Notes: generated by a model from the letters alone, not told the origin. 32,000 nucleotides of DNA from Psychrobacter sp. HD31 (GCF_051097895.1 NZ_CP142525.1:450001-482000); one strand, 5' to 3'; numbered from the stretch's first letter, positions 1 through 9,055 are shown. Numbers and translations are program-made.

Positions 1-1374
1 ACTAAAAAGCTTTTACAGCAAATTCCTGCCAATAACCTTTTGCAAATTAATCCTCAAAAACAAGATACGCTTAACCCACTTATTGACCAAAAATATACTG
101 GGCTAAGCCAGTTTGGCGAAACACGTACGGGTTTTGCTGCCAGTGCTGGGCATAAGCTACAGCTTTTAACAGATGTTGATGTGTTGTTTGATAAGCTGAT
201 TGCAGATATTAACCACGCCAATCAATTGATATTGTTGGAATTTTATATTGTTTATCCTAAAGGGCGTGTTTTAGAGGTGTTTGAGGTACTAAAAGCTGCG
301 GCAAAACGAGGGGTGGAATGTTATTTACTTGCCGATAGTGTTGGTAGTTTTGGTTTATTTTCAGGCAATACGGCAAAAAATCTGGAAGCAGCAGGGGTTG
401 AAGTCCATCAGTCTATGCCTGTTGGCTTGTTTAAAACATTGTTTAAGCGCACGGATGTGCGTAATCATCGAAAAATTGTGGTTATTGATGATAGCATTGG
501 CTATACAGGCAGCTTTAACCTTGTAGACCCTCGCTATTTTAAACAAGACAAAAACCTAGGGCAGTGGGTCGATGTTGCTATGCGTGTTAAAGCTTATCAG
601 CAAAACAGTGTGGTGGCAGCCATGGCAGGTGTGATTGTTACGGATATAGGCGCAGAAAGCAGAACAAATTTTGCTACATTGCAAGAGCGCGTGAATAGCT
701 ATACGCGCCGTTTAAATTTAACCAAGCCAGCAATTAATGATGTCAATAACAAAGCGAGTGTACTGGATACCCCAGATGATGACTATGATACGAGTGTGCA
801 AGTACCAAATCAGCCAGCTGAATATAATGTGGTTGCGCAGCTCATTCCATCTGCACCGCAAATGACAGCCCATGTGATTTATAATACGCTCGTTAATGCC
901 ATTCATAGAGCGGATAAAAAGATTTGTATTACCACCCCTTATTTTGTGCCAGATGAATCATTAATGGGCGCATTAACCACGGCATCAAGACGTGGGGTGG
1001 CTGTAACCTTAATCATACCTAAAAAAGTAGATTTCTTTTTTGTGCAGCATGCTTCACAAGCATTTTATCAAGAGCTGTTAGAAGCTGGCGTTACCATAGC
1101 CTTGTTTGATGCAGGGCTTTTGCACGCTAAAACAGTGGTGATTGATGACAGTTATTGCCTATTTGGTACGGTAAATATGGACATGCGCAGTTTTTATTTA
1201 AATATGGAGGTTAGCCTGGCGATATACTCTCCTAAAATGGTGGCTCATGTTGCCGAATGCCAACAAACTTATTTGCAATATTGTGAGATAATGTCTCTTG
1301 AATCTTGGCAAATAAGACCTCGTATATTACAAGTTTTTGATAATGGTATTCGCTTATTTAGTCCATTATTATAG
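1..1374 (+). CDS. cls: cardiolipin synthase (phospholipase D superfamily), probably 5'-truncated by the window edge
   Basis: Frame 1 is open from base 1, with no stop before the TTG at 40 used by the ORF track, so the N-terminal TM segment probably lies upstream. Two HKD motifs are present: HRKIVVIDDSIGYTGSFN and HAKTVVIDDSYCLFGTVN. Confidence 0.85.
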   Translation, partial: TKKLLQQIPANNLLQINPQKQDTLNPLIDQKYTGLSQFGETRTGFAASAGHKLQLLTDVDVLFDKLIADINHANQLILLEFYIVYPKGRVLEVFEVLKAAAKRGVECYLLADSVGSFGLFSGNTAKNLEAAGVEVHQSMPVGLFKTLFKRTDVRNHRKIVVIDDSIGYTGSFNLVDPRYFKQDKNLGQWVDVAMRVKAYQQNSVVAAMAGVIVTDIGAESRTNFATLQERVNSYTRRLNLTKPAINDVNNKASVLDTPDDDYDTSVQVPNQPAEYNVVAQLIPSAPQMTAHVIYNTLVNAIHRADKKICITTPYFVPDESLMGALTTASRRGVAVTLIIPKKVDFFFVQHASQAFYQELLEAGVTIALFDAGLLHAKTVVIDDSYCLFGTVNMDMRSFYLNMEVSLAIYSPKMVAHVAECQQTYLQYCEIMSLESWQIRPRILQVFDNGIRLFSPLL

Positions 1375-1437
1375 TGTTTTTTAGTTTTATTATTTTTCTT
1401 TGTTCTCTTATATATCAAATCGCCGTAGGATAGCTTC

Positions 1438-2892
1438 ATGATTAGCCGCCCACCTTTTTATTATCGTGTTGCCATCAAAAGTTTGGCACCGATTTATCGC
1501 CATATTGTTAAGCGCCGTTCTGGCAAAAATAGCAATTATGCCGATGAAGTGGCAGATAGATTTGGAATGCGTTATACAGGCAAATTAGACGTTAACGAAA
1601 CACCATTAGAAACGTCGTCTTCTGCCTTAAATGACCTATCAAAAACCCATGCTAGTAAAGCCTCTATCATTTGGTGTCATGCGGTCTCTTTAGGAGAAAC
1701 TAACACCATTGCGCCTGTTTTAAACCTATTAATGGCACAAGGCTATCGTATATGGTTGACCAACACCACCCAAACTGGTTATGCAAGGGCACAAAGGCTG
1801 TATGCCAATCAAATCAATGAAGGTAAGTTATTTCATAGTTATGTGCCTATTGATACGCCGCCAATCATTCGTAAATTTTTAAATTATGTCAACCCTTGCG
1901 CGGCGCTGTTTGTAGAAACCGAACTATGGGCTAATACGCTACATTTGCTCGCTGTAAAAGATATCCCTGCTATTTTGGTAAATGCACGTTTATCAGAAAA
2001 GTCTTATAAAAATTATAAAAAAATAGCAAAAACCAGCCAGAGTATGATGCACAATCTCAGTTTGATTATCGCTCAAGATGAGCTTTCTGCTAAACGTTTT
2101 AGGTGCTTGGGTGCCAAACCTTCTCAAATCCGTGTGGCTGGCTCATTAAAATGGACAATTAACGCAAAATTAAATCATGATGATATAACTCATAACCCAT
2201 CAGCAAAAAGCAGCTTTGATATGCACAGACCAATTTGGGTAGCTGCCAGCACCCATAGTGGAGAAGAGTCAATTGCACTGATGGTTCAAAAGCAGTTGAT
2301 TGAACAAGCCCAAACAGCCAATGCATTGTTGATACTTGTACCTAGGCACCCCGAACGTTTTGATGAAGTGGCGCAATTAATCGAAGCGTTTGGTTTTAGC
2401 TATGCACGCCGTAGTGATGTGGTGTTACCAAAGCAGCATTGCCAAGTATATTTGGCAGATAGCATGGGTGAATTGATGCAATGGTATAAAACGGCAGATT
2501 TGGCTTTTGTAGGGGGGTCATTAGTGAATGTCGGGGGGCATAACCCTGTTGAGGCTTATGTTAGTGGCACACCGGTGGTGATGGGGCAGTTTACTCAATC
2601 TTGCCAAGGCGTTGTTGATGACTTAGTGGCAGCAGATGCAATGGTTCAGCTTACAAATGCTTATACCCATAAAAAAGGTAAATCACTAGATAAACCCATA
2701 TTAAATCAAGCCAGCACCGCTTTGTTTAAGCCCGTTTTTTATTGGTTAACTCACAAAAATGTGGCAACACAAGCAGGAGAGGCTGGTCGACAATTAATGC
2801 ATGATAATCAAGTCATTTTATCGCAACAAGTTGGCATGATTAATGAAGTGATTGAAGCCAAAAATCAAGCACTGTTTGAGTATTTGGGATAA
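1438..2892 (+). CDS. waaA: 3-deoxy-D-manno-octulosonic acid (Kdo) transferase
   Basis: 484-aa ORF with an ATG preceded by AGGA. It is collinear with E. coli WaaA/KdtA as I recall it: HAVSLGE, ETELWAN, VNARLSEKS, LILVPRHPERF, MGEL..ADLAFVGGSLV..GGHNPVEA. It is longer than E. coli WaaA, with extra residues before the SLGE motif and near the C-terminus. Confidence 0.9.
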   Translation: MISRPPFYYRVAIKSLAPIYRHIVKRRSGKNSNYADEVADRFGMRYTGKLDVNETPLETSSSALNDLSKTHASKASIIWCHAVSLGETNTIAPVLNLLMAQGYRIWLTNTTQTGYARAQRLYANQINEGKLFHSYVPIDTPPIIRKFLNYVNPCAALFVETELWANTLHLLAVKDIPAILVNARLSEKSYKNYKKIAKTSQSMMHNLSLIIAQDELSAKRFRCLGAKPSQIRVAGSLKWTINAKLNHDDITHNPSAKSSFDMHRPIWVAASTHSGEESIALMVQKQLIEQAQTANALLILVPRHPERFDEVAQLIEAFGFSYARRSDVVLPKQHCQVYLADSMGELMQWYKTADLAFVGGSLVNVGGHNPVEAYVSGTPVVMGQFTQSCQGVVDDLVAADAMVQLTNAYTHKKGKSLDKPILNQASTALFKPVFYWLTHKNVATQAGEAGRQLMHDNQVILSQQVGMINEVIEAKNQALFEYLG

Positions 2893-2913
2893 TTAAAACT
2901 AAAGTTACCAGCT

Positions 2914-3666
2914 ATGAATATTTTGTTATTGCCACCTAAAACCATTGAAAATAACCAAGCCATTATTACCGACATTATGCAATGTCAGCATGTTAAACAG
3001 GTGTTAAAATCCAATGTTGGCGATGTAATTAAAGTAGGGCAGTTAGGTGGAAAAATAGGCACAGCCAACGTTAGTCAAATAACGGATACAAACATTGTTT
3101 TAAATAATGTTAAGCTAACGCAACCTCCACCGAGTAAGCTTAATTTAACGGTTATTTTGGCATTACCACGCCCCAAAGTTTTGCGTCGCCTGATTATGGA
3201 TATGACGGCGATGGGCGTTAAGCACATTATTTTAGTCAACAGTTATAAAACTCAAAAAAGCTATTGGCAAAGTCCAATGCTTAATCGTCTTGATGAGTTT
3301 GTGTTAGAAGGCTTACAACAGGGTGTGGATACCATACCGCCAAAAATTGAGCTGAAAAAGCGATTTAAACCATTTGTAGAAGATGATTTAGCAGGACTAA
3401 TGAAGCATTCTGATAACAGTAGTGATGTAGCAGGGCTGGTAGCTCATCCTTATACAAATAATAGCTGGTATGATTTTTTTAATAAGGCTATTAAACAAGA
3501 TACAGGCTTGCCACCTGTTTTATGGATAGGCGCTGAGGGCGGTTGGATAGATTATGAAGTAGCACTGTTAAAACAGCATGGTTGCTTGCCTGTTTCATTA
3601 GGGCAACGTATTTTGCGTACAGAAGCGGTTGTTAATAATATGGTTGGATTTTGGGGCATGGTGTAA
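2914..3666 (+). CDS. rsmE: 16S rRNA (uracil1498-N3)-methyltransferase RsmE-like (SPOUT family)
   Basis: 250-aa ORF starting 21 bp after waaA. The length and the C-terminal GAEGGW..E..L motif (GPEGGF-type in characterised RsmE), followed by LG.RILRTE, are typical of RsmE. Confidence 0.75.
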   Translation: MNILLLPPKTIENNQAIITDIMQCQHVKQVLKSNVGDVIKVGQLGGKIGTANVSQITDTNIVLNNVKLTQPPPSKLNLTVILALPRPKVLRRLIMDMTAMGVKHIILVNSYKTQKSYWQSPMLNRLDEFVLEGLQQGVDTIPPKIELKKRFKPFVEDDLAGLMKHSDNSSDVAGLVAHPYTNNSWYDFFNKAIKQDTGLPPVLWIGAEGGWIDYEVALLKQHGCLPVSLGQRILRTEAVVNNMVGFWGMV

Positions 3667-3727
3667 CGAGCCGAAACTGTGATGTCAGCTTAGTATATTG
3701 CAAAAACAATTACAAATATTAATTTTG

Positions 3728-3756
3728 TTGAAAACAATTCTTATTAATACTATAAT
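3728..3756 (+). promoter_or_regulatory. sigma70-type promoter candidate for the Fe-ABC operon (TTGAAA-17 nt-TATAAT)
   Basis: TTGAAA at 3728-3733, a 17-nt spacer, then a perfect TATAAT at 3751-3756. It lies about 120 nt upstream of the SBP ATG. The palindrome TTGTT-gaa-AACAA (3725-3737) overlaps the -35 element. Confidence 0.5.
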
Positions 3757-3765
3757 CCACATTAA

Positions 3766-3796
3766 GTTTTAATGGATTGCCATTAAAACGGTTTTT
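3766..3796 (+). terminator. perfect 10-bp stem-loop plus T5 run; either the rsmE terminator or a leader attenuator / 5' stem-loop
   Basis: GTTTTAATGG (3766-3775), loop ATTG, CCATTAAAAC (3780-3789), then GGTTTTTG. It lies 100 nt after the rsmE stop and only about 10 nt after the TATAAT box, so its role is ambiguous. Confidence 0.4.
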
Positions 3797-3875
3797 GCAG
3801 TCTTATATATTTTATTTGTGGTTGCCAAATAAGGTGAACTTTTCACAAATAAGGATTTGATAAAAGGTTAACAAT

Positions 3876-5012
3876 ATGTTTCAACAAAATACAACATCAA
3901 AAGCAGTAACACTTGCTTTAGCAGGCTTTGGTTTAACAATGGGCTTAGCAGCTTGCCAACCAAAAGCAGAAGAAAAAGCAGAAGAACATACACATGAGCA
4001 TGCAGATCATGAACACGCCCATGAAAATGGTGAAGCACATGAAGGTGCTGAAGCTACCGCAGCGGCACCATCAACTGATGTGCCAGTAACCATTTATTCT
4101 TCTCGTAAAGAACAGCTAATTCAACCATTACTTGATAAGTATATGGAAGAAACAGGTGCCAAAGTTGAGTTGGTAACAGACAAAGCTGGTCCTTTAATGG
4201 AACGCTTAAAAGCTGAAGGTGAAAACACTGAAGCAGACATGCTGCTAACAGTTGATGCGGGTAACTTATGGAAGGCAACAAACGACGGTTTGCTACAACC
4301 AATCACTTCAGAAGTTGTTGAAGCAAACGTTCCTGCAAAATTCCGTGACCCACAGGGTAACTGGACTGGTTTGTCACTACGTGCTCGTACCATCTTCTAT
4401 AACCCAGAAACTGTTAAACCAGAAGAGCTATCAACTTATGCAGATTTAGCTGATCCTAAATGGAAAGGTAAGCTTTGTTTACGTACCTCTAAAAAAGTTT
4501 ACAACCAATCTTTAGTGGCTAGTATGATTGACCACTTAGGTGCAGAAAAAACAGAAGAAGTTGTTAAAGGTTGGGTTGCCAACTTAGCAACAGATGTATT
4601 TAGTAACGATACTAAGATGTTAGAAGCTATTGCTGCTGGTCAGTGTGGTGTTGGTATTGCTAACAGCTACTACTATGGTCGTAAAGTTGCAGATGAGCCA
4701 AACTTCCCAGTTAAAATCTTCTTTGCTAACCAAGATACAACGGGTACACACACTAACGTATCAGGTGCAGGCGTTGTTAAAAACTCAGACAATGTTGCAG
4801 GTGCGCAACACTTAATCGAGTGGTTATCATCTGACAAAGCACAAGCTGTATACGCAAGTGCTGATAAAGAATACCCAGTTAAAGAAGGCGTAGAAGTTTC
4901 TGAGCTATTGGCTTCTTGGGGTGATTTCAAAACTGATGACATTAACGTTGCCAAATTTGGCGAGTTACAGGCTGACTCTATCAAGCTAATGGATAAAGCT
5001 GGCTATAAATAA
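3876..5012 (+). CDS. Fe(3+)-type ABC transporter substrate-binding lipoprotein (FbpA/HitA/AfuA family) with a His-rich N-terminal tether
   Basis: Signal peptide with lipobox LAAC (Cys27). It is collinear with H. influenzae FbpA as I recall it: [37 protein letters not shown] with the conserved Tyr-Tyr pair, and EYPV. It is followed by a fused two-domain permease and an ATPase. Confidence 0.8.
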   Translation: MFQQNTTSKAVTLALAGFGLTMGLAACQPKAEEKAEEHTHEHADHEHAHENGEAHEGAEATAAAPSTDVPVTIYSSRKEQLIQPLLDKYMEETGAKVELVTDKAGPLMERLKAEGENTEADMLLTVDAGNLWKATNDGLLQPITSEVVEANVPAKFRDPQGNWTGLSLRARTIFYNPETVKPEELSTYADLADPKWKGKLCLRTSKKVYNQSLVASMIDHLGAEKTEEVVKGWVANLATDVFSNDTKMLEAIAAGQCGVGIANSYYYGRKVADEPNFPVKIFFANQDTTGTHTNVSGAGVVKNSDNVAGAQHLIEWLSSDKAQAVYASADKEYPVKEGVEVSELLASWGDFKTDDINVAKFGELQADSIKLMDKAGYK

Positions 5013-5083
5013 GCCGTCAGTTTTTAATGATTAAACTAGCAAGCTGTAATAATTATCATTTTTGCTAGTTAAAAATCTAAAAA

Positions 5084-5114
5084 GGCTCTATACTTAACGG
5101 TTAGAGCCTTTTTT
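5084..5114 (+). terminator. intra-operon rho-independent terminator/attenuator between the SBP and permease genes
   Basis: GGCTCTA (5084-5090), an 11-nt loop, TAGAGCC (5102-5108), then T6 (5109-5114). An upstream A-run can extend the stem. Confidence 0.6.
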
Positions 5115-5122
5115 ATAGCTGC

Positions 5123-6763
5123 TTGTTTGTTTATTTTTGTTTTAATTTTTGGATACCGACTTTGTACAGTAAACAACAAAAAACTCCTCGCTTTTTTGCT
5201 AAGTTAATATTAGCTACCATCTGTATTTTTATTTTAGTGCCCATTATGGTTGTTCTGTTTTCTTGGAGCAAACCAATGGCAGATATCTGGCAACATTTAG
5301 CAGAATATGTTTTGCCCAGTGTGCTAAAAAACACGTCAATTATGTTGGCGATGGTGCTTGTAATAGCCGGTACGCTTGGTACGGTTTTAGCTTGGTTTAC
5401 TAGCATGTACCAATTTTGGGGGCAAAAGTTTTTTAGTTGGGCATTAATGTTACCACTGGCGATGCCTGCCTATGTTTTATCTTTTGTTGTGCTAGGTATG
5501 TTAGATTTTAGTAGCCCATTACAAACCGCCATGCGTGAAGCAGGTATTAGTTGGGCATTGCCTTCTATACGCAATATTTGGGGTGCTGGTATCATCATGT
5601 CGCTTAGTTTTTATCCCTATGTTTACTTACTGGCTCGCCAAGCATTTTTGTCTCAAGGCAAAAGGGCAATCGAAGCTGGGCAAATGCTGGGGCTTAATCG
5701 TCGCCAAGTATTTTTTAAACTTGCGTTACCACAAGCTTTGCCTTGGTTAATTGGTGGGCTGCTACTTGCTTGTATGGAAACACTGGCAGACTTTGGCGCA
5801 GTTTCGGTTTTTAATGTAGATACTTTTACCACTGCAATTTATAAAGCATGGTTTGGCTTTTTTAGTTTAACGACAGCGGCACAGTTGTCTGCCTTGTTAA
5901 TTGTTGTGGTATTTTTTATTGTTATTTTAGAGCAATATTGGCAGTCGTTAAGAGCGAATTTAGCAACTGGCGATAATAGACGTTTAAGGGCATCATTACC
6001 AGCGCAAATTTTTATGTTTGTACTGTGTACACTCGTTTTTGTATGTGCATTTTTATTTCCCTTTATTCAGCTGTGTGTCTGGACATATCAAAACTTTGCA
6101 ATAGATTTTAATCGCCATTATTTAAGCTTTGTTAAAAATAGTATGGTTGTTGCTACTAGCGCAACTTTGTTGGTTGCCGTTATTGCTGTTGTTATGGCAT
6201 GGCTTAAACGTGCACTGGCTGACAAAAGCAGTAAGGTTTTAATTGCACTGGCTAACTTGGGTTACGTTGTCCCTGGTACTGTGCTTGCCGTTGGTGTTTT
6301 TGTGCCTATCGCATGGCTAGATAATCAATTAATAGGCTTGGGTATTACAAGTAAACCAGTTGTTTCTGGCAGTGTTTTTGTTATGATTATTGCCTTAGCA
6401 ACCCGTTTTTTAACGGTTAGTTTTCAGCCTATTGATAGACAATTACAAAGGCTGAGTGATAACCAAGAGTCTGCTGCTAGGTTATTAACCGATAGTAAGT
6501 TAAAAAAGCTGACACAAGTTATTTTGCCTGTATTGCGCCCAGGTATTTTAACGGCATTATTAATTGGCTTTGTGGAGGTCATGAAAGAAATGCCAATTAC
6601 TTTAATGACACGTAGTCAAGGTTGGGATACCTTAGCCGTTAGGGTGTTTCAGATGACAAGTGAAGGCATGTGGGGTAGGGCAGCTTTGCCAAGTTTGTTA
6701 ATTGTGTTGGTTGGGTTGTTACCCGTTTGGATTCTCATCCACCAAACAGATAAACTAAAATAA
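5123..6763 (+). CDS. Fe(3+)-type ABC transporter permease (fused two-domain, FbpB/HitB-like)
   Basis: 546-aa polytopic ORF of the size and two-module layout of FbpB-type permeases, positioned between the SBP and ATPase genes. The start is uncertain. The frame opens at 5105 and the only candidates before TM1 are TTG 5123 (no SD, 9 nt after the terminator T-run) and TTG 5162. There is no in-frame ATG before the first TM helix. Confidence 0.8.
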   Translation: MFVYFCFNFWIPTLYSKQQKTPRFFAKLILATICIFILVPIMVVLFSWSKPMADIWQHLAEYVLPSVLKNTSIMLAMVLVIAGTLGTVLAWFTSMYQFWGQKFFSWALMLPLAMPAYVLSFVVLGMLDFSSPLQTAMREAGISWALPSIRNIWGAGIIMSLSFYPYVYLLARQAFLSQGKRAIEAGQMLGLNRRQVFFKLALPQALPWLIGGLLLACMETLADFGAVSVFNVDTFTTAIYKAWFGFFSLTTAAQLSALLIVVVFFIVILEQYWQSLRANLATGDNRRLRASLPAQIFMFVLCTLVFVCAFLFPFIQLCVWTYQNFAIDFNRHYLSFVKNSMVVATSATLLVAVIAVVMAWLKRALADKSSKVLIALANLGYVVPGTVLAVGVFVPIAWLDNQLIGLGITSKPVVSGSVFVMIIALATRFLTVSFQPIDRQLQRLSDNQESAARLLTDSKLKKLTQVILPVLRPGILTALLIGFVEVMKEMPITLMTRSQGWDTLAVRVFQMTSEGMWGRAALPSLLIVLVGLLPVWILIHQTDKLK

Positions 6764-6804
6764 ACCGTAGAGAATTTTAAATAAGACTTGATGAAGAGTA
6801 AATA

Positions 6805-7971
6805 ATGGAACCAGCAAAAAGTACAGCAAACACAACTGATGTAAAAGATATAGAAGCGATAGATGCATACTTTTCTGTAAAAGACTTAGCGGTTAGCTTT
6901 GATGATACGCCAATTGTTAATGGCTTAAGCTTAAGTTTAAGTAAAGGAGAAATAGGGTGTTTACTTGGGTTTAGTGGCTGTGGCAAAACCACGGCACTGC
7001 GTGCAATAGCTGGGCTAGAAGAAGTGCAAGCTGGTACCATTCGTTTAGATGGTAAAATTTTAACGCAAGTCAATAACAAGAAAAATTCGCACTTTAAAAA
7101 GTTTGTGGCACCAGCCAATCGTAATATGGGCATGGTTTTTCAGGATTATGCTTTATTTGGGCATTTAACAGTTGCAAAAAATATTGCGTTTGGGCTGAAC
7201 AAGCTTAATAAACAAGACAAGGCAAAACGAGTTCAACAAATGCTTGAACTTACCCAATTAACGGCACATGCACACAAAAAGCCACATCAACTCTCAGGTG
7301 GGCAACAGCAACGAGTTGCCTTAGCAAGAGCACTTGCCCCAAAGCCAAAATTATTATTGTTAGATGAACCATTTTCTAACCTAGATGTGGTATTACGTGA
7401 AAGCCTTGCTGCTAATGTGCGTGACGTACTTAAGCAAACAGAAACGACGGCAATTTTAGTGACTCATGATCAACACGAAGCTTTTGCCATTGCCGATAAA
7501 ATTGGTATTATTCATCAAGGTGTGATTGAACAATGGGCAAAACCGAGCGATTTGTACCATTTGCCAAGCAATCCTTTTGTTGCTGACTTTATTGGCGAAG
7601 GTGCGATGATTGAAGGCATTATTAACAATAAACAACTACACACCAGCTTAGGTGATATTTATAAAGTACATGAGCCTACTGGTTATGGTGATACAGGGTT
7701 AACTTGTGATTTTTACAACTATCCTGATAATACAAAACTAAAAGTATTGATTCGCCCAGATGATGTTGTGCATGATGACCACAGCGAAATGACTGCTTTG
7801 GTGATTGGACGGGTGTTTCGTGGCGCTAACTATTTGTATCAACTGCAGCTTGATGATGGGCAAATTGTCTACTCGCTGATCCCAAGTCATCACGACCATG
7901 AGCTTGGTACGCATATTGGGATTAAAGCAAACCTAGAGCATGTGGTGCTTTATGAACAGATAAGTAATTAG
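6805..7971 (+). CDS. ABC transporter ATP-binding protein (FbpC/PotA-like, with C-terminal regulatory/TOBE-like domain)
   Basis: Walker A GFSGCGKTT, Q-loop MVFQDYALF, signature LSGGQQQRVALARAL, Walker B LLLLDEPFS, H-loop VTHDQ. There is a lysine-rich insertion (QVNNKKNSHFKKF) between Walker A and the Q-loop. Confidence 0.9.
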   Translation: MEPAKSTANTTDVKDIEAIDAYFSVKDLAVSFDDTPIVNGLSLSLSKGEIGCLLGFSGCGKTTALRAIAGLEEVQAGTIRLDGKILTQVNNKKNSHFKKFVAPANRNMGMVFQDYALFGHLTVAKNIAFGLNKLNKQDKAKRVQQMLELTQLTAHAHKKPHQLSGGQQQRVALARALAPKPKLLLLDEPFSNLDVVLRESLAANVRDVLKQTETTAILVTHDQHEAFAIADKIGIIHQGVIEQWAKPSDLYHLPSNPFVADFIGEGAMIEGIINNKQLHTSLGDIYKVHEPTGYGDTGLTCDFYNYPDNTKLKVLIRPDDVVHDDHSEMTALVIGRVFRGANYLYQLQLDDGQIVYSLIPSHHDHELGTHIGIKANLEHVVLYEQISN

Positions 7972-8750
7972 TTTTTGATGGACAAATAATGCAAATAGCG
8001 TCCCATCCATTTAAATGGTTCTTGATGACTGTATTTGACTTCCATATCAATAACTGCTGCTGGGTTTGCAAGTCCACCTTGCTTGCTGAGAGTATAGTCA
8101 CTAAAAACACGCAAACCAGATACCTGAATGATGGTATGGTTCTTTTTTAGCCAAGCGGCAACTTGGTCTTTGTCAACGGGGTGATTCGGCGTTAAACTTT
8201 TTTTATTGTCTGCTTGTGTGTTGGCTTTATCGATGATATTAAAATTACCCATCATTAAATTACGATATATAAAGCTGGCAGGATTATAAAAACAAAGCGA
8301 TAAATAACCACCATCTGCAAGCCATCTATCTGCAAATTTGATAAACGCTTGTGGTTCTGCTAGCCACTCTAAAACCGCATGATTTAAGATTAAATCAAAC
8401 TTACCCTGTAGTTTGTTATCTAATGCTTGATAAGGGCAGGTATGCCAATGAACATTTAACTTGTTAATATCTTCAATAGATTGTTTTGCTTTATCTAACA
8501 TGTTTTTTGAGATGTCATTAATAACCACCTCATGCCCAAGTGTTGCCAACTCTAGGCTCAGTTGAGCCAAACCAGCGCCTACATCTAATATTCTCAATGG
8601 TCTTTTATGCTGTTCGCTTAGTTTGGCAACGATTTCATGCAAATCTTTACGTAATACTGCCAGACGGATTTGCCCTTTTAAGCTACCGTATACTTTTTTA
8701 TCAAAATGTTCGGCAACATCATCAAAATTACGGTCTTTCCGCTTATCCAT
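7968..8750 (-). CDS. cmoM: SAM-dependent methyltransferase, CmoM/SmtA-like (tRNA mcmo5U34 methyltransferase family)
   Basis: 260 aa. The N-terminus DRNFDDVAEHFDKKVYGSLKGQIR, the SAM motif ILDVGAGLAQ, HAVLEWL, SL.FYN, and the C-terminal QEP....GRY.H all match my recollection of E. coli SmtA/CmoM (261 aa) end to end. Confidence 0.7.
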   Translation of the reverse strand: MDKRKDRNFDDVAEHFDKKVYGSLKGQIRLAVLRKDLHEIVAKLSEQHKRPLRILDVGAGLAQLSLELATLGHEVVINDISKNMLDKAKQSIEDINKLNVHWHTCPYQALDNKLQGKFDLILNHAVLEWLAEPQAFIKFADRWLADGGYLSLCFYNPASFIYRNLMMGNFNIIDKANTQADNKKSLTPNHPVDKDQVAAWLKKNHTIIQVSGLRVFSDYTLSKQGGLANPAAVIDMEVKYSHQEPFKWMGRYLHYLSIKN

Positions 8751-8773
8751 GATTGTTATGGTTCACTCTGTTT

Positions 8774-9055
8774 CTATTGGGTATTTCTACGTTTAGCGTA
8801 CGCTCTAAAAATAAATTTAGATAAAATAATGACGCCAAAAGCGGTGAGCATAAAAAACCACATGCCATTGGTGGTTAATTGCCCTTTAAAACGTGATGCC
8901 AGTTGAAACGATAATGCCATTGCCAAAATTAAAGAACCCCAGCGAAACAAGGGAATCGATTTATTATCACTGTTTGGAAAGGTTCTGGCATAGTCTGCCA
9001 TAAAGCTATATACCATCATTGCTAGTATCCAAACTATTGCAAGTAATATTGTCAT
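8774..9055 (-). CDS. small integral membrane protein (3 predicted TM helices), unknown function
   Basis: 93-aa ORF with three hydrophobic stretches and a basic C-terminus (RAYAKRRNTQ). It lies 23 bp upstream of cmoM on the same strand. I recognise no family. Confidence 0.5.
   Translation of the reverse strand: MTILLAIVWILAMMVYSFMADYARTFPNSDNKSIPLFRWGSLILAMALSFQLASRFKGQLTTNGMWFFMLTAFGVIILSKFIFRAYAKRRNTQ

Noticed and set aside
3753-3761. A DnaA-box-like TAATCCACA (8/9 match to TTATCCACA) overlapping the -10 box of the Fe-ABC promoter.
   Set aside because: It is a single isolated near-match with no clustering of boxes and no AT-rich unwinding element context. It is most likely coincidental.
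5047-5060. A Fur-box-like TAATAATTATCATT in the loop of the hairpin between the SBP and permease genes.
   Set aside because: It is only a partial match to the Fur consensus, about 10/15 positions by hand. It sits inside an operon rather than at a promoter, and such A/T hexamer runs are expected by chance in an AT-rich genome.
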